DNA of 64,000 nucleotides from Podarcis filfolensis (GCA_964270895.1 OZ185443.1), one strand, 5' to 3'; positions 12,817 to 25,988 are shown, counted from the first letter of the stretch. Numbers and translations: made by a program. The notes: generated from the letters alone by a model not told the origin.

Positions 12817-14618
12817 GTTTGTCTCCTAATGCAAAAGGAATTTCTAAGTGCTATGAATTATATAAAGGAGATGGTTGGTTGTTGTTTTTCCTCCCTGATT
12901 CATACTGCTTTTGGTGTCTAGATACATAAGAAGCATGCTTAGCAACTAAACAGCAGCAGGTAGTCTGGGTTTCATACAGACTTTAATCTTGGAATCACAA
13001 AAACCATCTTGAGGCATGATATTGGGTCATTTTTTAAAAAGTTGTTAAAATGCAATAGGATATAGAATCCTCTTTCAGAGTGCTCCTTCTTTTATGTTGG
13101 GGTGGGATTTTTGAGATGCTGTGTGCATGGCAAGAACACTATTGCATTGAAAAGTATATGTTCTCCTGATGATATGAATTATAACCTATATATGATAATA
13201 CCAACTTTCCTAGGCTTAAGTCATCAATCTATAGTTTTAAGTAGCACTATGCAAGTTATCATGCCTATATAATAATATGAACATAGGCATGATAGCTACA
13301 GTTCTGCCTCCACTGTAAGAGGCAATATGCTTCTGAATAACAGTTCCTGGGAATCAGAAGGGGGAAGAGTACGATTGCAGTCAGCTGCTGCTTGCAAAAT
13401 TCTCATAGGCAACTGTTAGAACAGGATGCTGGACTGGATGGTCTTTTGCCCCTGATCCAGTTAGTTACTGTTGGAGATTTGTGAGAATAAGCTTTCCTCC
13501 AGTTTTATTTATTCTAAAAAAATAAAATAAAATTCTATCCCACCTTTCTAGTCCCCATGTACTACTCAAGGCAGCTTTCAGTAATTTAATGCAATTTCAA
13601 AAAAAATAAATTTAATCAAATAATAAGCAACATTAAAATCCACTGAAAAGCAACAGCAGCAGATATCACAAGATCCCTGTTTTACTCCCTTATCATGCCG
13701 CAAAAAATATATAAAGTTCATTAATTCTGTTAGACTTGGGTAAATGGTCCACGTAATTATTGTGTGACTGGTCCTTACATGTTGCCAAAAGATCTGCTGG
13801 CTTTCTTTTGTGATGACCTAGGCAGAAGTGTGCATAAGTGGAATTGAAATGAGGAAATGTTTTGAGTCATATAAGTGGATAAGGCTCAAAATCAGCTGTT
13901 ACTTTTTGGATGTAGAGATTGCACCAGTTGCCTTCGAAATATAGGAATTTGGCAAATGTGAAAATATCAATCAGTTAGAACTACTTTATATAAAGGAAAA
14001 ACAGTTGCCTGATATATCTTAACAATAGTGCCTGCGCTAGAATCAGCTTTCCTTTTCCCTCAGACTGCAAGCAATTATGCTCTAGCTCAGGGCTGACTCA
14101 CCTATGAGGCAAGATGAAGCGACTGCCTCAGGCAGCAGGATCACAGGGGCAGCAGATCCTGTTGTAGATCTTAGCCTGTCTTCTCCCTACCACCAAAACA
14201 TAGGCATGATCAAAGCCTACCAAGTGAAGCATGACTTTGTTTTTATAACTCAGACCATGTGCACCTTTTTGGGCAATGTGATTTTTTTAAAAAAGGGGCA
14301 GTTATGTGGGCCTTGGAGATACAGCCACGAGGGACTCATTCACAAAGCAGAGTTCTGTGGGGATTTTGCATTTCATGGAGATTGGTTTAAAATGTGTTTT
14401 ATGAGCCGACAGATTTAGTTGCATGCATCAGCCTGTGTACCTAATTGTGTCACAGCTGTAATCTACCATAGTGTAAATATAGTAATGTCTACCGGAAGTG
14501 TGCAACTAATATCATCTGGACCTCATATATAGTGAGGACTTGACTGGGCCATATATTGATGGACTGGAATAGAAATAATCATTGTGTATAAAAAGTTGAA
14601 TCAATGATGACTCCTGAG

Positions 14619-14856
14619 CATAGCTGTCAAGCGTCCCTTATTTGGCAGGACAGTCCCTTATCCCAGCGCCATGTCCCGCTGCTGTCCCTTATTGTTGAGG
14701 CTTCGTTTGGCTGCTGGCTAGGCTTTCTGCCTTTGGCTCAGTGGGGCTCAGAAGTTGAACATACCTGTGCCTGGAAAATCCCTTACTTTGGCTGCTGATC
14801 CCTTATTTTCGAGGCTGCTGGTCCCTTATTTTCAAATCTGTAAGTTGACAGCTATG
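14619..14856. mobile_element. hAT-type MITE with subterminal TCCCTTA repeats
   Basis: CATAGCTGTCAA...TTGACAGCTATG, perfect 8-bp TSD ctcctgag, six RTCCCTTA motifs. Confidence 0.9.
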
Positions 14857-16377
14857 CTCCTGAGGTGATGGGTATCACAAACCTGGAAGCTATGATTGGC
14901 CAACCTTCCTGGAGCATGTGTTTGTGTTGCATGACAACATCACATCTTGCATTCACATCCTGTTTGCAGACTTCCCATAGGCATTTGTCTATGGTCGTTG
15001 TAAGAGCAGTGTGGTGGGTCGGATGGGCCTTTGGTCTTATCCAGCAGGCCTCCGTTTATGTTTTCTGTCTCTTCAGCTGTAATGAAAATTAGACTACTAT
15101 TTTTCCATGCTGGCACACAAACTGAGCTCTCCAAGACAGTGATATATATCTTGTAATCATTCCTAAATGTATCACACCGAGAGGTAGTAAGTACATGTAG
15201 AGTAAATGCTGCAAAAACTGCTGCATGCTAATTTTTATCACCAGTAAGCTATCTTACTTGTTAAACTATCAGAGAACAAGTAGGAGAGATTTATGACCCA
15301 ATAATACTGATTCAGCTAAAAACAGGCTTTCCTGTTTTTACTTTAGTGAAAGATACATTCCTGCATTGAGTCAAAAGCCAATTTGTAGTCCGTTTTCTGA
15401 TAGTCATCATTTTTTTCGAAAAGAAGGGAAAAAATGCAATAAAATATTCATTGAGAAAAGAGAGATTATCTACTACACTGTCTCATTTGAACATTGGGTA
15501 ATTTAACTTGCATACCAAAACTAAAAGGGTACGCATACTTCTTAAAAAGACAGGTAAAGTGTCAGGAGTCCAGGAAACAACCTTTTTTAAATAGACTGTG
15601 GCAACAGTCCCATTGCATCTGCTTCTTCCTGTTGTTGCTACCTTTCAGTAAAACTGATCAATCAATTAACTAATCTGTGGATGTGAAAAGAGTGCTGGAT
15701 GCAGAACTTAGTCCCGCATCAATTAATGATTGTCCCTCATCGTCAACCATATTTTATTTATACTGTTAAGTGGTTAATGCAGAACTGCACATAATCTACC
15801 ACTAACCTTTTGAACAATGGTGCTACTGCTGCGACATACTTGGGACAAGTGGCTATCTTGAAATCCAGCAGAGCCACCTGAAAGCTGCGCAGTTGGATTA
15901 GAGAACCACTGCTTGCTCAGATGGTTCCAGCTGGGTATAATGGACCCACGTATTGGCAGCTCAATACTGTATCTTGCCAGATACTGGCAGCTCAGTAGCA
16001 GAGAATATAGCTTTTGCAACAGCACTCTGCACACTTGTGATTTCCAGCAACTGGTATTCAGAGCCATACTGGCTTCTGACAGTGGAGGTGGAAATAACCA
16101 TTCTGGCTAATAGGCACAATCATCCAATCCTTTTTAAAAGCCCTTGGAGACTGTTCTCTTAATGGCCCATACTTAAAGGGTCATTACCTCACCAGGAAAC
16201 TAGCCTGGCTATTCCAGGAATTGACTCTGTGCTGTATCCATGAATTAAAAGTATCTGTCCTTGGAGGGGCGTCACTTTCTACATCCCTCCATCAGGAGAA
16301 CTAACCATATATTCCTACTATCTACTTCCTTTTGCTTATTTAGTTCCTGATCCACAAGAGGACCTCTCCTCATATCC

Positions 16378-16624
16378 CAGGGGTCAACAAACTTTTTCAG
16401 CAGGGGGCCGGTCCACAGTCCCTCAGACCTTGTGGGGGGCCAGACTATATTGGGGGTGGGATGAACGAATTCCTATGCCCCACAAATAACCCAGAGATGC
16501 ATTTTAAATAAAAGGTCACATTCTACCCATGTAAAAACATGCTGATTCCCTGACCGTCTGTGGGCTGGATTTAGAAGGCAATTGGGTCAGATCTGGCCCC
16601 TGGGCCTTAGTTTGCCTACCCATG
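16378..16624. mobile_element. hAT (Charlie-like) MITE
   Basis: CAGGGGTCAACAAACT...AGTTTGCCTACCCATG, TSD tcatatcc/tcttatcc. Confidence 0.85.
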
Positions 16625-18091
16625 TCTTATCCCACGTCTGCTAAGCTTACTAAGGAGTCTTTAGTGATGTACTTTATCAAAAGCTTTTTGAAAGTCCAAA
16701 TATACTATGTCAACTGGATCTGCTGTGGAACAGAGTTGAGAATTCTGCTGCTGTATTTGCCATCTCAGTGTATTTGTTTAACTGGTCTGATATTTTCCAA
16801 ACTTAGTTGTAGGGGTCAGGTGAAAGGGATTTGTCTTCCATAAAGGCCTTTCCGTATGTTACATGTACTTTGTGAATGCAAATTTGTTGTATCTGAGAAC
16901 AAAGTGACTGGATCAACAGGTGATGCTTTTCAGTCATCTACTGAGTCAGGCTATACTTCTGTCATCATAAAATATGTTGCTGATGTATGTATAGTGAGGA
17001 GGAACTCATTTAGAGCTACTTCACATTGGGAGGAAATTAGTCAATTTTGGTGTGCTTTTTTAAAACACAATTTCTCTTAGCCCTGCTTGAATCAGCTGTT
17101 TACCCTTAAGATTTTGTAGTATACAGGATCTGATCTTCCACCCTTTTCTTTTTTTCAAACATACACATACACTTTAGAACAATCTGCCCTATTTCCCTCC
17201 CCCTTCTTATTCAAATACCTGAAACGGGAATTTGTGACAGCATGAGGTTTAGCCTGCACTTTGAAAGTGAAGGAAGGAAGGCAAGCCAGCAAACACAGTT
17301 CCTCCTCTTTGCTAACTTTGCCTTTGCCACCAAGCAGATATCCTTTTCCACCGCTGTCTCTACTAATCAAGCCTCTTTTTCAAACTGGCCAAGCCAGCTC
17401 TCAATACTGGGTGGAGTGAGAAGGCAATTAAGTATGGCATGAATAAGAAGATAGCAGCCATATTTAAATGCAAACAAATGTGGTTTTTACCAAAGCAGAC
17501 TGGCAAGTCAGCCGTTTTTTTAAAGAGGATCTTTAAGATTAAAACTTTAAAAATAGTTTAATCAGTTCCCCATTAGAGCAAATTAAGCATCCAGCTAAAC
17601 GTATACTAGGCTGCTTGCCTCACTAAGCCAATACTTAACCAGTTCTCTCAGAATTCTGTTTCTGGTTCCATTTGTGGCCTTCTGTCATGGCTTCTTTCTT
17701 ATACAGTGCTGCAAGCGTATTTTATAACTTTATAGTTCAGCTTTTATTTTGTCTAATTTGCTTCAACTCCCTGCTTAAATACATTATTTCAACTGGGGGG
17801 AGGATAGAGTCCAATTCCCCTAATTGGTTAGGCTGCCCACCCTCCTTTTATCTTGAGGCTTCATTTTCCTCTTAACTGCCAAATTAACTTTTGACCCTCC
17901 TCTTAACTTTGAACCTTTTGGCTTAGAACACACTCTAAAAAAAGAAAGCAACCATTTTATAAAAAAAGAACAGAATATAAAATGATGAAACAGTTTCATT
18001 ACTTCATAGACTGGTGACTTGAAGATCATGGTGACAGGTTAAATCTCCACCCTACAACAGTTGTCTGGCATGCACATGAAACAGAAGGGGG

Positions 18092-18433
18092 ATAATAATA
18101 ATAATAATAACAATAATATTATATGTATTTTAATTTACATGCTGCCCAGCTGACTGGGTTCCCCAGCCACTCTGGGTGGCTTCCAACAAACTATGAAACC
18201 ACAGTAAAACATCAAACATTAAAAACTTCCCTATACAGGGCTGCCTTAAAATGTCTTCTAAAAGCCAGGTAGTTGTTTATCTCCTTGACGTCTGACAGGA
18301 GGTGTTCCACAGGACAGGCATGACTACTCTGCCTTGTTCCCTGTAACTTCACTTCTTGAGTGAAGGAAACTGCCAGAAGGCCCTCAGAGCTGGATCTCAG
18401 TGTCCAGGCTGAACGATAGGGGTGGAAATGTTC
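18092..18433 (-). mobile_element. L2 LINE 3' end
   Basis: Minus ORF 18212..18448 (TLRSSSEGLLAV...QGTRQ...DVKEINNYLAFRRHFKAALYREVF) resembles the L2 ORF2 C-terminus, followed by a (TTA)n tail. Confidence 0.8.
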
Positions 18434-18744
18434 AAGTACAATGTTCATGTAACTGAAACCAAAATGCTGTGGTTCACAGGTATTAGGCCATAGAGGCTAC
18501 ATTTGGATAATTGTTCTCATCTTAATAATGAGAAATGAAAAGGTCTTTTGCCCTTCTGTCCTTCCTTAGTGGTATCCCTTGATAAGCCAGGTCTCTGATT
18601 ATGCTTCCAGCTTCAAAAGAAGCCAGGATCATTAACCAACTTCAAATTGGTTTTTAACATTTTGGTGTTAACCGTAGCTTCCCAGTTTGGATAAAACAGG
18701 AAACCGGTTAGTTAGTCTGATTCTCTGTGAAAGTGTCTACTAGC

Positions 18745-18930
18745 CACAATGACTATGTTCTTCCTTTACTGTCAGAGATGATACCAGTTAATGGGAATTG
18801 CAGATGAGAAGAGTTGCACCCAGACCCTGCTTGCAGGCTTAGCATGGGCATATGACTGACCAATGCAGGAACAGTATTCTGGACTAGATAGGCCTCTGAC
18901 CTGATCCAGCAGGCTATTGTTATAACCTTA
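18745..18930 (+). mobile_element. CR1-family 3' UTR fragment (related copies: 13287-13465 +, 14865-15060 +, 10636-10800 -, 16030-16100 -, 38630-38745 -)
   Basis: Shared motif ...aggatgctggactagatgggcc...gcctgatccagcaggc...ttat. Confidence 0.7.
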
Positions 18931-19166
18931 TGACTTCATAGTTTATCAAGGCATGTGGCAAAGGAACTTCATGCATGGGAAACGTCCAAGCAAAAGCCCG
19001 AGATCAGGTCACCAAAAATAGCTGAATGCCTTTTTCTTGTTTTGAGATCCTTCGTGATTATGTTCAGAGTTCTGTTATACTTCTGTGTTCAGACATGGAT
19101 TTCATCCATTCTTCTTTTTTTCAAAAAAATAAATAAAAAATAGCCAGCTTTAATCCCATTGCTAAG

Positions 19167-19622
19167 TGTCAGGGAACTGCCATCAGTGCCGGAGTGAGAG
19201 AGCAAAAGCCAGAGGGAATTCCAGAGAGCGTCCAGGGATCGGGAGAAGCAGCCCATCTTCTGGGGAAGAGAATCAGCGTAGCACTAGTGGAGAAGGGGGG
19301 CAGATGGGGGAAGCGGCGAGGCGGTCCCATGACTCCTTGCCTGGGACCAGCGGGGAGAGTAGGGGTCCTCCGTTGCCCACGCCCTCCTTGCGCAGAAGGC
19401 TTTCGCGCAGAGAGAGTAGGAGGAGACTAGGTGTCAAAGAGCTTCTTTGCTGGAAGAAGTTTAAGAAACGCCCACTGACGGATTCTGCCAGCAATTGAGT
19501 CAGCCACGGGTGAGTGGCTGTCCGGACAGAAAAGGTTCACTTTGGCAACCCAGCCAGGTGTTTGCACCCAGCCGGGGAGATAAGCACCGGCTTACGCACG
19601 AGCAGCCCCTAGAACCATTACA
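19167..19622. mobile_element. Solo LTR-like element, 456 bp
   Basis: CTAAG|TGTCAGGG...CCATTACA|CTAAG. TG...CA ends, perfect 5-bp TSD, GC/CpG-rich against an AT-rich background. Confidence 0.8.
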
Positions 19623-21590
19623 CTAAGTGTTAAGCAAACTCCAAAACAGGAGTGTAAGAAGATAGTGGTTTTTGTTCTGACCCATCTTCATCACAACCTG
19701 CTGTTTCCATGTCTACCAAGTACTGTTATTCTTCCTGCTAAATGCTGTTTGATATAATTTACATATTTATTTATTTATTTATGTGAGTTATGAAATTAAT
19801 TAATTACATAATTATTCCACACCAGTCATTTCTGTGTAAAGGAAGGAGCAAAACAATGCGTTTTTAAAACAGTAATCAATTACATATTGGTTGAGGGCTT
19901 AAGAATACACACACAAGAATGTTGTGAGCAGATACCGACAGGATGAAGCTTATGTTTCACAAAGGGCGAAAAGAAGGGCTTTGCACCTTTATACAATATG
20001 CATGTGTGCTTGGGCCCAGGGTCTTTTGCCTCACCATCCCCACTACTGACTCCCTGTTGCTATTCAGCTAAAAAAAAAAAAGTGTCCCCGGATTCATTGA
20101 AAAAATCTGGTAACCATATGTTACCCTTTTCAGCGGGTGACACCCAAGCAAATTCTCTCTAGAAGCAGTAGCTGCTGGCACAGTGGCATGACTCCTTGTA
20201 TAGTATTTATTTTCCCTGCTCTTAGGGTTGGTATACGTCCAGCATTGAACTGCAAACAGTGGAGGAAGCATGGTAGCTGTAACCTTCCCAACATTTCTTA
20301 TTGATGCATACAAAGAGGGCATTTATTTATACAACCTGATGCACAGAAGCAGCCTGGTTCTGTAGCTCTGGCTACATCAAGTCTTCAGTAATGGTGGGGA
20401 AGGAACTCGTCAAGAGGACACAGAGCGGTTCAAGCTCTCCCACTATCCTTCGCATGCTCCATCCGTGCACAGACATATTTATTCTCTCCGTCCTTAGGCA
20501 AACCCATCATTATCAACCAATCTTTTTATAGGGAAATAAATTACAAACAGAGCAAAAACAAACAGAAGACAAGAGCACTTAATATGTTTAAAGCTGTTTC
20601 CATAATCATTTCCTCTGGACATTATTTCTATTGCCACAGCACTCAATATTCTCATTACACGTTTTTAATTTATAATTCACTCAGTGTTTTGTGTTAAGTG
20701 TTTCTGTTGAAGAATCATTGTGTGTTCAAAGTGGCTGTGTCATTTTATTTGTCTATCCCAGTGGAATTTTAGGTTGATATTTTAGCTGTTAAAATTCAAA
20801 ACAATTCTGACAGTGGTTGAAAAGGACTCCTGGGTACCCAATTTATTTGTCTAAATTCTAAATGGCTTAAACACTGAAGTCTGTAAAATAAATTATATAT
20901 AGCTGGGATTAAAATGAACAAAGCTCTGTGTTTCCCCTTTGGGAAATGGCTTTAATTTAAAAAGAAAATGATGTTGCTCTCTTCGTGTAATGTTTTACAG
21001 TGAGATAAAAGTTTTATCTAAACTGGCAAAGGGTATGACTTAGAAATTGCTATTGGAGCACCGGCGAAATCATGAGGACACTCACAAAAGTTAATTAGCT
21101 GCTAGGGGTGTTACTGCCTTACATATCACTATTCTTTTTTTTACTCAGGGTTGCTTCACACATTACAGATTTCCTGCACTGGAAACACTTTCTATGTAGG
21201 AAACAGAGTGAAACCCCTATGTAGATTGATGATGGATTTATGTGTTGATCTTACATGGGCTTCATAGTGTTTCCTACCATTGAAGGAAACAGTTTCCAGA
21301 CAGGAAACTGTTTCTTTCAATGCTGCCCTCAAGGAACAGGATCAATCAGAAAATGCATTAGTATGCCAAGGAAAACTTGCTTCCCTCTTTCCCCACTTTT
21401 CGGTAAGTTATTTCTAAAGGATGAGGCACTGTCGATGGGGTGGGTAGTAATGGATTTGGCTAGGGCCATGTGGGAACTTGTTGGTCTCTCTTTTCCCTCC
21501 CCCCCCCCCCCCGCTAAATACCACCTAGTCCATTTACTGAGCTCATGAGAACTGGATTGTGTCCATGGTTACTTGTTCATAAATCCCATA

Positions 21591-21780
21591 TATTTATATT
21601 TTACTATATTTATATCCCAACTTTCCTCCAAGCAGGTCAAGGTGGTGCACATAGTTCTCCTCATCCCTGTTTTTTCCTGACAGTAATCCTGGGAGGTAGT
21701 GTTGGGCTTTATGGCTGTGTTGGGATTTCAACCCTGATCTCCTAGGTCTTGGTTTAACACTAACCACCACACAATACTCA
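21591..21780 (-). mobile_element. Squam3/MIR-like SINE, degraded
   Basis: atttatatcccaactttcc tail, reverse B box gggatttcaacc, reverse A box taaccaccacac. Confidence 0.6.
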
Positions 21781-22774
21781 CTGTCAGTTGAACCTATGCA
21801 CTTCTACAGGACCACAACCAAATAGTTGGGCCATACTTTCCCCCTAAATTAAAACTGGATACACATTTACAGTTGCAGTCATTTACATTTTTGAGTGAAA
21901 ATAGCCCATCTTTGAAGGTGATTCCATCTTACTCAGAGCTGTTGCAACTTCAGCACAAAACTAGATGAGATGCAGATTGCATTTCCTTCGTATGACTACG
22001 ATATGCGTTGGAATTTCAAGAGCCATAAACTGCAATCCTGTACGCACTTGCATGACAGCAAATACCATTGAACACAGTTAATGCTTAATTCCAAGTAAGC
22101 ATGCATAGAATTCTAGTGTAAACTATGTTTAAAAGTGTTGAACTTAATTTTCATCAGTAGGCAGGATTCAGTCCAGTTAAGGACACATCTAGGTACCATT
22201 TATCTAAGTGGGAGAGTTAGCCTTTGGTCCTAGGGAGTAAATCCTATTGAACACAGTGGAACATCAAAATCAGGTTCCATGAACAAGCTGTCAGGAGCCT
22301 TGGGCCAACATATTCCCTCCTATTACCCCATCTCAATCATGCACAGTGATGCTATGCACAGTAGTTCCTATTCTAGTTTACAAAAAACAACACTTAACCA
22401 TTTCTCTGAGCCAGCAAATTAAACTATGGTTTGATTGCGAACCAAAGTAGGAAGCATGGAATTGCCATGCAAGAAGGAGCATACAAGCCCAGAGCTGCTG
22501 GGTTCAATTAGCCATATTATATTAAAATATTAAGGTGGGAGAAGGAGAGTTTGATATGTGTCATTGGGGAAACCTTGTATGTTTCCATGTCTGAGTAATG
22601 CTAAAAATGGAACATATAGTAACTAAGCAACAAACAGGAAAAGGAATACATTTCTCAGATCTAATCTCAAAGGTTGAGCACTTTCAGAGTGTTTTGAATG
22701 TCAACCCTTGGTATGAAAGGCAGTGCAAATAAACTCTACCTTTGCTCACTCGTTGTTGCTGTCCTTCCTGTCAG

Positions 22775-22955
22775 GATCTGTCACTGTGAGGGAGATGACG
22801 AAAGCCCCCTCATCACACCGTGTCGCTGCACAGGGACCCTGCGTTTTGTTCATCAGGCCTGTCTGCATCAATGGATTAAGAGTTCAGACACACGCTGCTG
22901 TGAACTCTGCAAGTATGACTTCATAATGGAGACCAAGCTCAAGCCTCTTCGAAAG
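22775..22955 (+). CDS. MARCHF1: MARCHF1 RING-CH domain exon, 181 nt
   Basis: cctgtcag|G ATC TGT CAC...CGAAAG|gtacgg. [46 protein letters not shown] has C4HC3 spacing. Confidence 0.98.
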
Positions 22956-23451
22956 GTACGGTGCTAAGAATTAAATCCATCCGATGTGAGCTGCCAAAGC
23001 TGAAGTTAACATTTCCAGTCTAGGTCATCCTTTCTTCTGCTTTGTTTGATGCATGCAGCTCTGTGAGTGTGTATTTTACAACACCATCAATCTTGTGCTG
23101 TATCAATTCTCGTATTTCAGCTTTGTCATCTTATAACTGCTATTTGTTTTAATTTCCTTCTGCTGGAATATTACGATGCATATTTCTTATGCATATGCTT
23201 AATACAAAGCATTGTATTACAGTTTCTGAGGTTGCTCATTTCCGGTTGCCTTGATTGAGACTCTGTATTAAGCTAATCAAGTACACATGACAAATCTTGC
23301 ACAGTCAGTTGCTGCTTTGCTGAAATCGTTGTGGAAAAGTCAAGTCTCCCTCATTTTCAAATCACACCAGTTCAATTATTTTGGAGTCCTTGGCCCATGG
23401 TCCCAAGTTGGATGGTCTACTCAGTTTTGCCACATTGTATCCCTAGATGTA

Positions 23452-23807
23452 GGGATGCGGGTGGCGCTGTGGGTTAAACCACAGAGCCTAGGACTTGCTG
23501 ATCAGAAGGTCCCTGGTTCAAATCCCCGTGACGGGGTGAGCTCCCATTGCTCGGTCCCTGCTCCTGCCAACCTAGCAGTTCGAAAGCACGTCAGAGTGCA
23601 AGTAGATAAATAGGTACCACTCCAGCGGGAAGGTAAACGGCGTTTCCGTGCGCTGCTCTGGTTCACCAGAAGCGGCTTAGTCATGCTGGCCACATGACCC
23701 GGAAGCCGTACGCCGGCTCCCTCGGCCAGTAAAGCGAGATGAGCGCCGCAACCCCAGAGTCAGTCACGACTGGACCTAATGGTCAGGGGTCCCTTTACCT
23801 TTACCTT
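23452..23807 (+). mobile_element. Full-length Sauria SINE
   Basis: GGGATGCGGGTGGCGCTGTGG head, B box GGTTCAAATCC, (ACCTTT)n tail, perfect 14-bp TSD tatccctagatgta. Confidence 0.95.
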
Positions 23808-25988
23808 TATCCCTAGATGTATCCAGTTTCCTTATATGCAGCTGGCTTCATATAACTGACCCATCCCCCAGCCATTGCTTTGGGCCCTCTGCCTTCAGTC
23901 CACTGTCCTTGGCCCTGTTCCTCACTCTTTTTTCATTTTACTCCTAACCTTTTAACTCCTTGCCAAGCACACCTGTGTCCCGTCCTCCACTCTATCCTGT
24001 TCGCAGCATACTGTACAGTGAGTCTGTAACATTATTATCTAAAAGTCATACACATGATTATTCTTGTTAATTACATTGCTACCATTACCAGATATCATTC
24101 ATCCATAGGATAATCCTCAAGAGGACAGACTGATCCCTTGGCTTTCAGAAATCACATATTTATTTGAGGGTTTCCACATCAGCACTATTTCTCCAGTTTT
24201 TGAATTCGACTTCCAAAGTTTCTCGCCAAATTCCAAAGTTTGCAAATGGCAGGTTCTTGCTTACTTGAATTAATAAAATATATGAAAATTATTTTATGAA
24301 AATAATTATGCACTTTGCAGAGTTAAGACACACCAAAAAGCTAGTAAAAGGTTTGCTTACACACACACACACACACGCCGTATGTATACCATAATTCCAT
24401 AGATGACCAGAAAAGCAGCTGTATGTGTTATTCACCAGGAATAATAGATCAAGATCCCCAAGTTTCCTGGCTTTAATGTTTAAAAAAGCATGTCTCTAGT
24501 TCTTTTATTGCAAAATATGCTTGAAAGTGTGTGAGCAATAGCTACTGAAATGTCAGAAGCCAAAGGACTTGCTTGAGGTTTCCAGTGGTCAGAGTGGGCA
24601 GCTTCAGTAAACAATAAAGCTTCCTATCTGTGTGACTGGTAGAAGGAGAACAATGAGAGGGGAAATCTTAAAAATAATATATAGTTTGCAAAATTCTGCT
24701 TTTCATGTTGCAGAATGTAGACTTCGGCTCAGAATTATGAATTTATTTATTTTTATTTATCACAGAATTCAAACAGACCCTGTTATATCTTTCTGCCAAA
24801 TAATCTACAGCTTCTATCTTGTGTGAAATTGCTCTTCTCTCTTGTTACAGAATTAATGGAAGCTTGATTATAAACCAAGTGTTTTTGCTTGTCCCTGCAG
24901 AGGCAGAACTCAAGGGGTCCATATATTGATCAGCCCTTAATATGTTCTACACTAATAGTTATGTATACATTAACAGCCATGACAGTTTGCACAAGCTGAA
25001 ATCTGAACCTTCGGTAATTTCTGATGTCCCCGATTTATCTCAGTAATCTTTCTGAACTCTTCACTAATCCCACTCAGTCATTTGAACATAACAGATATAT
25101 AAACCATTATGCACCTTCTTCCTCTTCCCCTTCATAGTGCAGACTCACAAGAATGTTGTCAGAACCATTAGAGTAGGTGAGAAGCTGTTCACAATGAAAT
25201 CAGTAAGAGTTTGCTTCCAACTTCTACAGGTCATTTTAACAGGAACATAGCAGGTTTTTCTTGGCTACCATTGCATTATTTCTACATACGGAGTAATGCG
25301 AGAAAACAGAGAAGCATTTTCAGACAAAAATGCACTATGTCACACCTTCTGGAATCGCAGAGCCATTAAAAAACTCCTCAGTCCTTGCTATACCTTCTTG
25401 TTGTTGGGGTCAGTAAATTTTACAGACAATATTCATATACCCTTTGTACTGGTGAAAGTGTTGCATAGACTTGAATAGTTAGCTTTATATTGCTACCAAA
25501 TGTTCATAATTTTACAGGACAGCCCTCACAGTCCTAACCTGAGAATTCTTGTAGCTGGAAGTCCAGCCTATAAGACTCCATAAAGCTCACAATATGCCAC
25601 AAAGATCTTAACATCAGGGTGTAACAATGGTAGTAAATGGGGCAGTAGATTAATCTTAGTGATTAGCATCCTTCGCCTGTTCCAGATCAAGGAACCCTGT
25701 TCCCCCCTGTATCTTACAGTATACTTGAAAAGGTAAAAAATAGCCCCATTCAAGTGCACTTAGACTTGCACTAGGGCTGCATAGGCAACTTATATTTAAA
25801 GCACATTCAAGGCATCCCTGCCCCACCCGCCCCGATTCCTGGGAACTGTTGTTTATTAGAACTGAAATTACCAGCCCCCTTAACAAATTCCAGTTCCCTG
25901 GATTCTTGCAGTGGGGGGCTTTTAAATGTATAGATACGGTTCAATAAGGAGGCACCCTCTTAGGGAGACCCTATAGCTACAATTTGTG

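Noticed and set aside
19166-19498. Overlapping 73-110 aa ORFs
   Set aside because: By-product of high GC in the LTR-like element. No gag, pol or env motifs.
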